Below, piece by piece: positions 14,027-28,724 of a stretch of 64,000 nucleotides of DNA. This DNA comes from Octopus sinensis (taxonomy: Eukaryota). The position numbers and the translations under genes are program-made. The stretch spans positions 25,544,001 through 25,608,000 of the forward strand of contig NC_042997.1 in assembly GCF_006345805.1 (NCBI RefSeq), given 5' to 3'. Within the stretch, counting starts at the first letter, position 1. Each line of letters begins with the position of its first letter. The notes beneath the pieces were generated by a model that saw only the letters and a list, made by a program, of their open reading frames with translations, made no database searches and was not told the DNA's origin.

Positions 14027-14907
14027 TTTGCCTTATCTGCTTCTTTTGTGTAAGGAGCTTTAACGCTTCCTCTGTTTCGTCAACATATTGAGTTAGTGCT
14101 TTTTGTGGCTTTTCGAGTGGTATTTGACTTCTGTTTCTAGCAACGCTGGTACTATTTTGTACCCTTGTTTATAAATTTGCCTCCAGGTTTGAATTGCTGA
14201 CGGGCCACTTATATTATTTATACGTGTGTATGTTTATGTGTGTGTATATATTTACACATACATATACATATCTTACATATGTAAATATACATATGGAAAT
14301 ATAATATGTATGTTTGTATTTGGGTGTATTCCTGAGTGTTTATATATCTGTGTGTATGTGTACGCGTGCATGTGTACGTGTGTATATGTATGTGCTTAAT
14401 AGTACCTACCTGGCGAACAATACGCTTTGTCGACCAACGTCTTCATTTTACACATTTCACACAACCACTGGTGTTGCCTCACGTAAAAATATAAAGAAAA
14501 TTAAAACAAAAAACTCGAGAAGTGTGCCATTTCTAAATATTTCCTCCCACTAATTTCTTGAATTACACAAGTGTTCTTTTCTAAATCTTCACGTTTAATT
14601 TCCTGTGTATCATGTATTGCCTTTGTCATATTTTTTTTTTGCTTTGTAATTGTATTGTTTATATATTTTTCGTAAGGATTGCCTCTTATCTTTTATAATT
14701 TGTTTTTGTTTGGTGTCTTTCCTTCTATCTTTTCATCCGTGTGTTATATTTTCGATATTGGCTGATTTGTTTTCTTTAAGCAACACACGAAAGCAGCTAA
14801 GCCTTTAGGGCTGTTTTCATATGTCCGTTTGTTTGCTGTAGTATTTGTTATTTTTTATTTAAGGTGCACTGTTGTCGTCTTGACGCAAAAATAATAAGAA
14901 TTACTGT

Positions 14908-14908
<1 letters not shown>

Positions 14909-14981
<73 letters not shown>

Positions 14982-15030
14982 CAGCAACAACAACAATAAT
15001 AATATTGTTGACTATGATGATGATGATGAT
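14909..15030. repeat. (AAT)n array with AAC/GAT variants
   Basis: Direct reading. Confidence 0.92.
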
Positions 15031-15452
15031 TAATATGATCCCCTAGCTTCTTTCTACGTATCCTTATTTATCGATATATTATTACATATGTTTTGCTCTT
15101 GTTATAATTAGTTATATTATAGTAATGGTGACTGCAGAGAAGGCTTTTGTTGATATATTCGTTGGCCATTGGAAAATAGAAAAACTCACGTTTTCCGCGA
15201 TAAAACTATTCCGACCCACAGAATGATACGATTGGGCGCTGCTGTTTAGAACCTGTTTTGGGCGACAGTATTTTCGACACTGAAGTCCAACACACTCGCG
15301 CACGATATATACACATGCAGATAGAGTGAGACATAGATATAGGGTGAAAGAGATGCATTGCAATTTATTACTTGGACACGGTTGACTCATAAGCATTCCC
15401 TCTTCTCATACACATAAGGAGAAATATGCTCAGATATATAGAAAAAAGAAAG

Positions 15453-15491
<39 letters not shown>

Positions 15492-15558
15492 AGTGAGTGA
15501 GTGAAAGAAGGAAAGAGTGAGAGAGATGGGAGAGAATGAGAGAAACATAAAACATTAA

Positions 15559-15975
15559 GGCGGCGAGCTGGCAGAAACTTTAGCACACCAGGCGAAAGAC
15601 TTAGCGGTATTTCAATTGCCGCTACGTTCTGAGTTCATATTCTGCTGAGGTCGACTTTGCCTTTCATCCTTTCGGGGTCGATTAAATAAGTACCAGTTAT
15701 GACCTGGGGTCGATATAATCGACTTAATCCGTTTGTCTGTCCTTGTTCGTCCCCTCTGTGTTTAGCCCCTTGTTGGTAGTAAAGAAATAGGCATTTCGTC
15801 CTCCGTTAGGTTCTGAGTTCAAATTCCGCCGAGGTCCACTTTGCCTATCATATTTTCAGGGTCGATTAAATAAGTACCAGTTACGTACCGGGGTCGATAT
15901 AATCGACTTAATCCGTTTGTCTGTCTTTGTTTGTCCCCTCTGTGTGTAGCCCCTTTTGGGTAGTAAAGAAATAAG
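15559..15975 (+). mobile_element. SINE family A, full copy (15559-15791) plus head-truncated tandem copy (15792-15975)
   Basis: ggcggcgagctggcagaa...gagttca(t/a)attc (B-box-like)...ggggtcgatataatcgactt...tagtaaagaaata, with the body repeated twice. Confidence 0.9.
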
Positions 15976-16377
15976 AAACATTTAAAAGAAAATGAATTGA
16001 AACGTATGATGTTAAAAAAAAAATCAGCTTTGAATCAACCACGGGCAATGGGCAGCGGCAAATAAGTATCCCTTCTAACAGACACTTCAATTTGTAATTT
16101 TCACTTTTTCCCATTCACCAATGCAGGTTGCACCAGTTTCATTGGATATGAATGTTTGCAAATACCAGTAACGGTGTCATTAGTAGGAGTTCAGGTGAAG
16201 AGAAGAATAAACCACAAGATTGTATAAACCCTATACGGTGAGTAAGAGGGAAAATGATAACTGGTGATGAAAGTAATAATGATGGGGATCACAATGAACA
16301 TCCTTGGTTTTGTTAATATCGTACTTCATTATTTGGTTTGGCTAGTAGTAGTAGTAGTGGTGGTTTTGGTGGTGGAG

Positions 16378-16698
16378 GAGACCCCCTTCGGTCGTGAATG
16401 ATCATGGAATTGCACCTAGAAAGTTACCCTCCGAGGCACAAATTCGGGCAAGGTTGTTTTTAGAAAACCAGCAGTCGCCCATACATACCAGCCTCCCCTC
16501 TCCACACCACTGATGTTACCCAGAGGATGCAGCTTCGCATCAGTGATGTCGCAACTCATTTCTACAGTTGAGTGAACTGGAGCAACGTGAAATAAAGTGT
16601 CTTGCTGAAGAACACAACACGCAGCCGGGTCCAAGAATCGAACTCACAACCTCACGATCGTAAGCTCGATGCTCTAACTACTGAGCTATGCGCCTTCA
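16378..16698 (-). mobile_element. tRNA-headed SINE family G
   Basis: Reverse complement: ggcgcatagctcagtagttagagcatcgagcttacgatcgtgaggttgtgagttcgattcttgg (A and B boxes), then ttcagcaagacactttatttcacgttgctccagttcactcaactgtagaaatgagt, a CORE/Meta-like central segment (domain assignment from memory). Confidence 0.8.
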
Positions 16699-16699
16699 C

Positions 16700-16700
<1 letters not shown>

Positions 16701-16767
<67 letters not shown>

Positions 16768-16790
16768 TCGTAGTTGTTGTTGTTGTTGTT
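16701..16790. repeat. (GTA)n/(GTT)n array
   Basis: Direct reading. Confidence 0.92.
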
Positions 16791-17230
16791 ATTTATGTTG
16801 TTTTGTTGTCTTTTTTGTTATAGGAACAAGGTCTGATATGTTGGAAGAGGTGGGTAATCGATCATATTGATTTCAATATTTGACTGGTACTTATTTTATC
16901 GACCCCCCTAATTCGACTTCAGTGGCATTTGATCCAAGAACGTAAGGAGTGACGAAATTCCGCTAGGTCTTTTGTCATGGTATATATTTTGAGGAAATGT
17001 AGGGCCAGATATACTGAACTATTACTTAATAGTAGTTAGATCAAAGACAATTTCTTAGGCGAGATTAAAACATCGGCGGGCAATGTCATACCATTCCCAG
17101 TCCAAAATTTAGTTTCGTCATTACATATATGCTATCCTCAATGTCCTGGGGCCTTGTGATCGATAAAAGAAATCATCCTGATCATCATCAAAGCCGTCGT
17201 CGTCGTCGTGTCGTTATCATGATCATCATC

Positions 17231-17499
17231 ATGGGTGGTTCGTTCAACATCCTTAAACAAATCTTATTCAGAGACCTTTTGAGCGGGATGGGTTACTCGA
17301 CCAGAAGAAAATTCTAACCGGCCCCCACCTGCAAGGTCATGTGCTGTTTATCTTGATATGAGATCACCATGTCGCGCACATATGGTTGTGATGCTTGTGC
17401 CTAGTGTTCTCTTATCAGACTGGTAGTCATGATGGGTACACCGGACTTCGTATATTTTACCCCGGCGTCACTTCGATGGCATGCACCGCTCTCTCACTC
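17231..17499 (+). mobile_element. Repeat family F, partial copy followed by AAT repeats
   Basis: Collinear with 55625-55893 (ttcaacatccttaaacaa...gagcgggatgggttactc...catatggttgtgatg...ctctctcactc). Confidence 0.85.
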
Positions 17500-17500
17500 T

Positions 17501-17527
17501 ATAATAATAATAATAACTATAATAATA

Positions 17528-17567
<40 letters not shown>

Positions 17568-17640
17568 CAAGAAGAAGAAGAAGAAGAAGAAGAAGAGCAA
17601 CAACTACAACAAAAGCAACAAAGAGGAAGACGATCAAGAA
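17501..17640. repeat. Compound trinucleotide array AAT>GAT>AAG>AAC
   Basis: Direct reading. Confidence 0.9.
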
Positions 17641-18313
17641 GAATGAAAAGAAAAGTAGAATGAAGAAACATATGAGAACATTCGGTGTACAAGTCTTTTC
17701 AATTGTGCGTGGTCTTTGTTTATTGCCGATGGCTCTGGGACAAACAGTGTATATTTCGTGGATATTTGACTCAGCTTCAATCTGTAATCAGTCTCGCTTA
17801 GTTGAATAAACGATTACAAGACGGTTGGCGTCAGTAAACGATACCTCTCTTCTCGTTGTTATTTTGTTAGCATTGCTTCTGTTTTTTTCTTTTTTTGTTT
17901 GTTTATTGTTCATATATTTTTCTTTTACTCAATTTGTTTTTGTCTGTTATATGTATTATATTTTTGAGTGTGTGTGTGTGTGTGTGTTTCTAAGTGGCTA
18001 CTATAATCGGTGACACGTTTGTTTAACTTTAACGGAAGCTCATCTTCGTTTACCGGAAGTAACAAACGTGATTTCAAGTGGATTCAAGAGTTTGCTGTTG
18101 TGGAGAAAATATTTTCATGTGCTTTGCTAATTCAAACAGCGGTCTAACTCTGAAAATGATAACCAGCAAAAATGCGAGTTTCTGTGTATTGATTCTGGTT
18201 AAAACATGCCAGGAAAAAGGTAAAATAAAGAAAATAACGTAAGAGGCTTATTATAAGATAAAAGGCTAATTTCTCAACATGTAACACGAAGCAAATGCAT
18301 TACATTGTGATAT

Positions 18314-18427
18314 ACATGCATACATACATACATACATACATACATACATACATAAATACATACATACATAAATACATACATACATACATACATACATACA
18401 TACATACATACATACATACATACATAC
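18314..18427. repeat. (TACA)n array
   Basis: Direct reading. Confidence 0.92.
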
Positions 18428-19102
18428 GTGGTCTGTGTGTATGTGTGTGTCTGTGCGAGAGTTTGCATGCATATGTATGCATATTCACGTATATCAATGC
18501 GTAGTTGTATGTAAATTAGCATTAAAATGTATGAGTTTTGTATGATTATTATTAATTTATCATCATTTTATATTTCAGTAAGTACCGAGACCATGTGGTA
18601 TCATAAGGAATCCATATTTTCTGTAATCCAATGTAGAGGAGTATAAAGCAGAGTTCCTTGCAGCTGAAAACGTCGAGGTATGAGAGATGAATATATTTAA
18701 GTCACTTGTTATCCTACGGAGTACGGTAATCTTGTAGCCTTCTTCATGTGTATAGCAAATTAAGTTTATATCTCTGGACTAATATGCTACGCATTACGCA
18801 ATACAATTGCATATTTACAAATCATAGTTACACCAATTATTCAACTATGAGATGAATCATTGGTGTAACCGTGGTGTTTTGGTGATCTGAAGAGCTAGCT
18901 TCCTTTATCTGCACTGATTTGTTCATACACATTGTATCGTATGATGCGTAGCATGCTTACTAATGCAGACCATGTAAACATAATGTATTATTCACTGTAT
19001 TTGCTATTATAAGAAGAAAGATGCGAGACTGCCGTAATCAAATATATTCACATCTCATACCACCAGCCATTTTTATGGTCTACACACACATATTATTTAT
19101 AC

Positions 19103-19139
<37 letters not shown>

Positions 19140-19272
19140 GGTTTCGAGATGACGTACAGGTATTATATATTAGAAGTTTTAAGGTACTCAGAAATCTGGA
19201 TGGTTTTATATTTACAGATATTTATTGATATTAATAAATATAAACCATCCAGATTTTTGAGTACCTTATTTC

Positions 19273-19366
<94 letters not shown>

Positions 19367-19599
19367 TGTGTGAGTGTGCGTGTGTGTGTGTGTGATATAA
19401 AGAAAGAGAAAGAGACAGAGGCAGAAAAACAACGACAGAGAGCGATGCGACATGCTGCTTCCAACTCAGCTTTCGTCTACTAAATTAAATTCCAACAGTA
19501 ACACGTACTGCCCATTCGGAATATTGTAGAGGGCATATTCCTACTCTGCTTCGCACACGCACTGAGCCTAAGCAAACTTCGTAACCAAATAGAAATACT

Positions 19600-19705
<106 letters not shown>

Positions 19706-19821
19706 TCATAAATGAGGGTGAAAATTTAGATATTAATTTAATAATATCATCAGTTTAACACCAAGTGGCCTAGCACATAAAAACCAGGGAGAGAATACAA
19801 ATTTACGTATTTATATTTACG

Positions 19822-19931
<110 letters not shown>

Positions 19932-20116
19932 TATGTACGCGTGCAGGCGCGCGGGCGTCAGTGGGTCTTTGTGCGTGCTTGTGACTGTATGAAGGCTACC
20001 ATTGGTTTCATGTTAAGAAAAATATCTTAATATTTTAACAGTTTTTGAAGCCGATCATATGGAAGAGTGTTGTTTGTATCTGCGGTGTTGAGCACTTGTT
20101 CTCATCGTTTGAGATT

Positions 20117-20150
<34 letters not shown>

Positions 20151-23100
20151 TGTATGTATGTATGTATGTATGTGCATGCATGTGTATGCATGTGTATATC
20201 TATACAAAGAGAGAGAGAGAGGGAAAGGAACATAAAGGGAGAGATAAAGGAGAGGGAGTGGGAGGGAAATCGAAGATGACAGAGCGAGAAATAAAAAAAA
20301 GCGTGTGTGGAAGAAAATAAAAATTTGTTTATTTTTAATAACCCCTCTCTTTCATTATTAAAATCGTGGATTATAGTTTAACAAACAGTCTGTAATGATA
20401 TCTTGAAACCTACAATGAAATAGTTTCGATGACACTCACTGAATCTGCGTTCTCACGGAGTGATTTGACCACTCTGAAATCTACCTCAACAATGAAATCA
20501 AGAATTTATATCATAATGATTTCTAGGAGCAGTATTTGGTGGTTTTAAAATATATGATATAATATGTGCGTTATGAAATATGAATTTGTACGTACGGAAT
20601 ATTAAGACTTGAATGAATTATATCCACTAAAGTCGGTTCTTTTAAAACGGAGGATATGATTTACAATATTGCAAATATGACCTGTGTACTGCGAAGAATG
20701 TTTTTATTCAATAAATTACTCCAACTCTTATATCATCGTCTTTATATGATGTATGATAGACTCTGCAAAGTATCAAATTTGAGGTATGTATCGGACACTA
20801 CAGCGGGCAAAAGCTGAGTCGTGGCAACCGTAGGTTGATTTACACTTGAAAGCCAAAATACCATGCAATTTGATGCACAATTTAACACTGAACCTGTTTG
20901 ACACCCACTTCTTTTTTAAAATAATATTATAATCTATTGATATAGTACTGCTTCCAGTCAGCCCAAGTCAAGAAGATATTTTAGCAATGGTAATGTTATC
21001 TCCATTAACACGTTTATCTCTATGTGTAAGACAACTTCACACTCTATGTGCCTCTCTTAAAACAGAGTAAAGCGTGATTCGAGAAAGGTTTGTTTGCTAT
21101 TTCTAGTAAATCCAAGAATCTACTTCGGCGATGAACCCTCCTATAACGCTGAAAATATTTTGAAATATGAAAAAAAATAGAAATACAATTATGAATGCAA
21201 TTGTTATGGAAGGAAATTTTTCCTTTCCTGAGTCAATTATAAATTTACGAAGTGTCACAGTCTCAAAATCATTTTCAGAACGTTAAATTATTCCAAATTG
21301 TTAAGAGAATATTTTCCCGGTGGGATTTGAACTCAAAACGTAAAGAAGTCAAACAAAATCATTTAAAGCTGTTAGTTCCGGTACCATCACATAACTGCAA
21401 GCCAGCAACTGGAAAAACTCCTATTTCAGGCAGCTGTTTCTATCATAATATTACTATTGATAATGATAAAATACGTTTTTACATCGAAATAAATATTTTT
21501 ATTAATATCATTAAACAATTCTATTATAATATTTTCATTTTTGTTTTTGTCAAAAGAAATTCATAAACGGAAGCAATGTTTTTGCGAAGCCTTTAGATAA
21601 ATACTTACGCAAATAGTGCAATTCTGAATTCATGAATGAGGCGCATCTTCATACCTTTCAAAACGGAAACATGAGGAATATTTATGAATGATTCGTGCCT
21701 TGGAGATTATTGCAAACCCGAGGCTAGGGAAATATATGAAAGAAATTTAGTAAATCGTTTTATTCATCTTCAACAACAGGGGTTGATAGTTTAAACGACA
21801 AAAGATCTCCATAGACAAAAAGTAATGATAATAGATAATAATAATGATCATTGATTTTCCTGAATCGGAAGTGGGTAAGGATTGACTTTTTGTAAAAAAA
21901 ACATCTTTTCAATGAAATCAGTATCATTCGTTTTGTAATTGCATTGAAGTGCATATGCATATTTAGCTGATGTGAATATGTGTGTATGTGTGTGTTTGAT
22001 CGTATATGTGAATGTGTGTTGTAAATATTCATGTGCGTTTATATGTGAATATGTGAGATGCAATTTCCGTGTGCAGAAGTTTATTCAATATTTTTAGTAT
22101 TTGAAAAGAGTTAAAATTAATCTCTGACGGTGTGAGATATTTAAAAAAATTAAATATTTCACAAATCATCGCTCTGTCAGAAAAAAAAATGATTAATGTG
22201 AAGAAAAGGTAAAGGATATCAAACGATAGGAATATTGAGAAATAATATAGAGAAATAAAGACAGTAAGTATGGGCTAAGAAAGATCCATTTCCTTAATTA
22301 AGCCTAACTGTCACAAGAAAATGGATACCGGTGTAACTCTAGAGAAAACAATGAATGAGTAATAAATATGGAATAAATTATACTTGCAAGTGTGAGTAAC
22401 AAGGCGGAAGTACAAAAATATTTTTGGGAGTCATAAGTTATATTCACTGTAAAACAAAATAATCTTAGCACATGCTTAAGTGTATGTCATTTAATATTTC
22501 TGCTCTCTGGTGAAACACCTAGCATTAACAGTTGTTCCTTTTGTGACCTCCCATCAGCTATTATAAAATTATTCAATGTTTGCATTTCAGATACTTTACT
22601 TTTGAACTGTTTCTCTTTCTCTCTCATAAAATAAGCCAATTTTAAATTGCCACTTACTCTGCAGGGGTGTTTGCGTAACAGAATGAGGAAACGGTGAGAA
22701 GATTCTGGGTTTGAAATACTGTGATATGGTTTCTATTCGTGTTTGACGCTGTTTCACTTCAATTAGCTAGCAATTTACTTTAAGATTTAATTGTAATTTC
22801 GATTATATAATGCAAGTTACTTTTATATTAATCATAGCCTAAATTATAATTTTGCTTAATATCATAAATGCTACACATAAAGATCAGCTTGTTTATTTAA
22901 TTGTAGAGGCAAGTTTCCTTTTCTTACTTCGTAATATAGTAAATCTTTTTCGGTTTTGTAATTTATTTCGATCTAAGAATTTAAGCACGTTCCAACTTAG
23001 TCTCGTATATTACATGTATATTCATTGTACTAGAGGTTCAATTCTGAGAAACTATTCTGCATTGAGATACAAAATATTATATATATATATATATATATAT

Positions 23101-23471
23101 AAAAATTCACTTCATAAATATGTTATAACTGTCTGAAATATCAATTCGATTTGCAAATATATGACACATATGAGCACTAGTTTTAAAGAAATACAAATTA
23201 TGAAGAGGAACAAACTAAAAATGGAGCTGTCGCTTCATGGAAGTGCAGGTCTGAGCGGAAAACTATATCATCAAAGCCGTCCTATTTTTTTTTTCTGTTT
23301 ATGGCATATTGCATACTGGAATACGATTTACGTCTTTTCTTTGAACATTCTGCAAAATCACTAGTGTCTTTCTTTCCAACGTAGCATTATTTCAGTATCG
23401 ATTAATAAAATTCAAGTTCAGAGCTCCGGATTCTCTGAATAGTGAGACTATCCGAAGAATGATGATATATA

Positions 23472-23583
<112 letters not shown>

Positions 23584-24271
23584 GTATGTATATATGCGCA
23601 TGAAGATGCGCGCACACACATATATGTACATAAGCACGAATACAAATAATATTTAGAGTATATCTTTATTCACGTTTTTGTCTGAATGTTTTTCACTCGC
23701 AACTCTATGCTCCGAGTATAGTTAAGCTCCAGGTTAGATGATTATCATTCTATCTGACACTCCTTTACTCTTTACCTTATCATCTTTTTACACGCTCATA
23801 TATTTCTCTCTCTATCACCCTCAGGTCCCTATTCCTTATATTATTTTATCTTGACTGACCACTAACCAGTACACTTTCCCTCTCTTCATCTCTTTATTAT
23901 CTTTCTCCTCGCTTTTCTTTTCTGTTTTTTTGTTTTTGTACAAACTCTATACTTGGAGTGACCAATTTTAAATACTATTGGAACTTACTCACAAGGTAAT
24001 GGAATCTTATACGTATACCATTCTGCTTAAATAATGGTTCTACAGATAAAATAACCCTGCATATCTCACGTCTATTTTCATTCTTCCACTTCACTCTCTA
24101 TTTCATATCTTATCTAAAGTAACTATTGCTTAACCATTTTCTCACACTGTCTGCGATGAAGGGATATATAAAATTTCCCAGAAACGGCTGTAAGACCTTC
24201 TCTTTACAAATGATCTAAAATTTTCCACAGCCTTGGATTTTTCGAGAGAAAGAGAGAAAGAGTATGGGTAA

Positions 24272-24272
<1 letters not shown>

Positions 24273-24339
<67 letters not shown>

Positions 24340-24340
24340 T

Positions 24341-24432
<92 letters not shown>
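24273..24432. repeat. (GATA)n array, ~160 bp
   Basis: Direct reading. Confidence 0.95.
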
Positions 24433-24549
24433 GAGGCAGATAGACTTGAAAGCTCATCTTTTAATATAAAAACCATAGATGGTGCTCATATATGGGTGTC
24501 AGCTGAAATGCTCATAGGTTGACGAGGAAAGTTTTATCCTGGAATGTGA

Positions 24550-25571
24550 GAAAATAAGGTTCAATTTCTAACATAGCTTACCTCCTTTGCGTTCCACACA
24601 TTTCTTCCATCGGTGTTGCAGGGTATGGATCTCTTTGGTGAAGACGCTTTCATCTTGGTGGTCAAAAATATTAAAAGCAGCAGTTGTGACGTTATCACGT
24701 TATCATCACTGCGAAACTAGTTCCCAGTCAAGTGTTTTTTTTCATGCCAGATGAAGAAATCACGAGAACAGGTAACGAGTTCATCTAGTTCAAAAGTGAC
24801 ATCTATGCAAATCAGCCATTGCAACCAAGGACTTACATGCTGGTGCGTTATCTTAACGAATCTTTCGTCATTTTCCTGGGAGGTTAGTCTTGATAGCATT
24901 TCATAATTGCCTCTGCAAGTTGGCATATTACACTCCACTGATGGTGTGCTCTTTTGAAGATAGTCAATAAACACAATGATTTCTGCATTCCCCACAGCCA
25001 CCAAAAATGATTTTGGCCTTCTTTGGAGCAAGTGAGGAGGGGGTGGTTCTACCGCACAGATTGATTCTTTTTCTTTAGCTCACAATGATGAAACCAACAC
25101 CCATCCAGGGTTAGGAAACTTTCAAGGAAACCAGTTGTTTTATCTCAAATAATGTCAGATTTTCCCGTGATGTGAACAAACTCGTGCCCTTTGATCAGAT
25201 GTTAGATGTGGCACACACCGAGTGATAATCTTAATGCTGGCAAGATCATTGTGTAAAATATTCTCAATTTTCTCACGAGATGCGCTAATAAAATTGGCTA
25301 TTAAACTATAGCCAATCGTCTATAATCCGTCAATATGTAGTGAAAACGAGCAACGTGTTCCTCGGTGGTGGCAGTTTCATGATGTCCAAGAATTAGGTCA
25401 TCTTTAAGATTTTTCCTCTCACACTTAAATTCACCCCCCCCACGTTTGCACAGCAGATAAAGCTGGAGACTCACCCTCTAATGTAGCAATTGTGTCAGAA
25501 TAAATGTACTTTTGGGATAAACCCTTTTCACACAGGTGCTTGATAACACCACGATGCCAAATGTTTTCCAT
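24550..25571 (-). pseudogene. Near full-length decayed mariner (DD34D-type) transposase
   Basis: Frameshifted translation from ATG at 25571: MENIWHRGVIKHLCEKG, SPALSAVQTW..EFK, CVPHLTSDQR (WVPHxL motif), FLTLDGCWFHH, APKKAK, IVFIDYLQK, KKHL, FRSDD, LQHRWKKCVERKG. Confidence 0.85.
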
Positions 25572-25725
25572 TTTTCAAGAGAAGTCGCTACTAATTGTGT
25601 TTGAAGTGTCTTTTGCTCAGTCAAATATCAGTTTACCTGCAGGAAAACAACGCAGTTATTGATAAGAATAGCCGAAATAAATGCATGCAAAATTACACAG
25701 CTGAGAAAGACAGAAAGAGAAAGAA

Positions 25726-25764
<39 letters not shown>

Positions 25765-26149
25765 TGCTTTGATGTAATACGATTTAGAAGAATTTTCACA
25801 GTTCAGTGTCCAGTTAAACATTCTACATCTATATCATTATTGTATTAAACCGCATTAAGCAAGAAATGACGGGCTAGGTAGCTTTGGAGAAGATCATGAA
25901 AGATCGATATGGACGGAAAAATTAATGATGGTAGTTTTGATGCTCTTAATATACATTTTTGTTGTAGTTCTTCAACCAAACATTTTCAAAATATTTAGAA
26001 CTGTGCAACTGAAGAACATATCATTACACATAGCGTTATCGTACTTATCTTCTGGAACATTTGTCTTAAATAATTCTAATTATGAACACTTGGTTATCTT
26101 ATACACATATTTGTTTGTCTGTCTATCTGTCAATTATATATATATAGTT

Positions 26150-26340
26150 GGAATTTACAAAAGAAAAACAATACAAGAGACAAAGGCGGGTGTGTAAACG
26201 ACAAACAGATGTATTAGTTTAACGTTCAGGAAGTGAGAAACTCTTTTATGTTTCGAGCCTGCGCTCTTCGACAGAAAGGAATACAGAAATAAATAGGGAG
26301 AGAAAATAGAAAAAAAGGTTTAGTAGCTTGCAATGAATCA
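26150..26340 (-). mobile_element. Family C copy
   Basis: Reverse complement ctttctgtcgaagagcgcaggctcgaaacataaaagag...cctgaacgttaaactaatacatctgtttg; adjacent to a TA array. Confidence 0.8.
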
Positions 26341-26345
26341 TAGTG

Positions 26346-26417
<72 letters not shown>

Positions 26418-26901
26418 GACGTCAAAAAACGTAAAACAACGTGGAATACGAAAACAAGGTTAGGTAAGCAAACAACGAGAGAAACAAATGGAAAAAAGAC
26501 AAAATAAGATAAAGAACCATCCATCTTCAGTTGTCGGCTGTCTATCTACTCTTCATTTCGAGGACTGAACGACAATATGAGACTTCAAATGGTAGTTGCT
26601 CTCGCGAACCAAATTAAAATTTGGGATTTGCGGTGGGTCAAAGTTGGTAACAAAAGCAGGACAGTGCAGACATACAAGGAAACCGAAAGTAAACAAGCAT
26701 GGAGGGTCGTTAGACCAGAAAGAGAGGGAAATAGTGAACTCTGAATAAATACTGTTTTTAATAAGAGAAAGGATAGAAGAGGAGACAGATAAGAATAGTG
26801 TAGTTTGTACGACAGCACTGAAGGAATAGAAAGATGATCATGTGAGGAGAAGAAAGATGGACGATGGTCACGTGTGAACCACGCGAGTGAGTAAAGGCGA
26901 A

Positions 26902-26938
<37 letters not shown>

Positions 26939-27088
26939 TAAAAAACGGCGAAGGGGAGAAAAAAGAATTCGAGAAAATATAAGAGAGAAAACGAAAGGGG
27001 AGAGCCGCATCAAAATTATTAAGATGAACTTACTTGGAAATGGACGCGTGACCTTCAAACAAATAGTAATATAAATAATATGTATATA

Positions 27089-27135
<47 letters not shown>

Positions 27136-27146
27136 ATATATAGGTA

Positions 27147-27251
<105 letters not shown>

Positions 27252-27699
27252 AAAAATGAAGTTCGAAAATGCTGCTGTATTATACAATTTTTTATTTTTA
27301 TATATATACATTATAACATGTTTCAGTTCCTGAAATGAACTTTATCAAAAAAAGTTATATATAAAAAAAGACAGCTCATGCCGTCAAACACAAGAAATTC
27401 ATTTATAATACACAACGGAGTCAGACATCTTAGAGTTCATGTATAGTTGAAATATAGTTCATGTATAGTTGATATATAGTTTGAAGTATATGTTCAAGGT
27501 GTTCGATGCAGTGGCCCACGGTGGCGATACGTATTCAATACAAAAAACAGATCAAAGTGGTGGAAAGCGGTCAATACAGAAGATTGATGTTTCCGAAAGA
27601 GCGAGGAATTCATTTTTACCTTAAGCAAATGTGATGACCCATGGAGGATGTTCGCTGGGTGGTTCTAATGAGTTTTTGTGAGGTGTTCGGTTTTATAAT

Positions 27700-28074
27700 G
27701 CCTGTTAGGTGGTCAATTCAGCGTAGCGTGACGTCATCAACGTTTTGACCAATCGTTTCGTTAGGTGGCTTTAGTCAAGTAGAACGGGACGTCATCATTA
27801 TTTTGACCAATCGCTGCATTATAACTGCCTCTTGTTTGTTTTCCTGTTTTGACCAGTCGCTTCGTTAGTCAAGTAGAACGGGACGTCATCATTATTTTGA
27901 CCAATCGCTGCATTATAACTGCCTCTTGTTTGTTTCCTGTCCTGACCAGTCGCTTCGTTAGTCAAGCAGAACGGGACGTCATGCAGATTCTGCCCAATCA
28001 CGACTTATAGCTACATTAGATCTGCCCCCTGTCTGTACTTGTTAGGTGACTATTCAAGCAGAAAAGGACGTCAT

Positions 28075-28085
<11 letters not shown>
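27700..28085 (+). repeat. Minisatellite (~93-94 bp unit) carrying ACGTCA and CCAAT motifs
   Basis: Units start at 27771, 27865 and 27958; diverged units flank them. Confidence 0.85.
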
Positions 28086-28118
<33 letters not shown>

Positions 28119-28724
28119 AAATGATCGACAGATACTTAAATAATCGATAAGGAAGTGCAGCAAGGAATTCCTTACGTAGATTCTCCGAAAGTGCAGTACA
28201 GCGGACCATACCTGGTGGCTGTGTGTGGTGAAATGCTCTCAAGGCAAAGTATTAGGGGCATAGTTTGGAAACTACATTTTAAATTTTCATGTTTAAACTT
28301 CAATTTTATATATAACCTACACACACACACACACACATATATATGTGTATGTATGTATGTATGTATGTATGTATATATGTATGCGTGTATGTATGTACGT
28401 ATGTATGTATGTGTGCATGTGTGTACATATAAATGTATGCATATTTGTCATATTGTACGTGCAAAATTCTGTGGAAATTGTATATTCACTGAAATTGTTT
28501 AGAATCTTCCATACTATGAAACATGGTGAAATATTTGAAGTGAGATGGTTGGTATGAATTTTCTTGCTCGCATTCGTTAGAACATCGCCGTGTTGCATGT
28601 AGAAATGTATAGTAGATACTGCTCAGAAATATTTGTTTAAAATTTTGGTACAAGCGAACAGTTTCGGAGAGAGTCCTTATTTCATCGACTCCAAAAAAAA
28701 AAATATATATAATAAATAAAATAA

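Noticed and set aside
23727-23745. 19-bp exact match to 50502-50520
   Set aside because: Too short to define a family; flanks not alignable by eye
26415-26920. Possible Penelope-like remnant
   Set aside because: Single copy in the window and no RT or GIY-YIG motif could be read
27771-28000. CRISPR-like regular repeats
   Set aside because: Whole units are duplicated with no unique spacers; eukaryotic context, no cas genes
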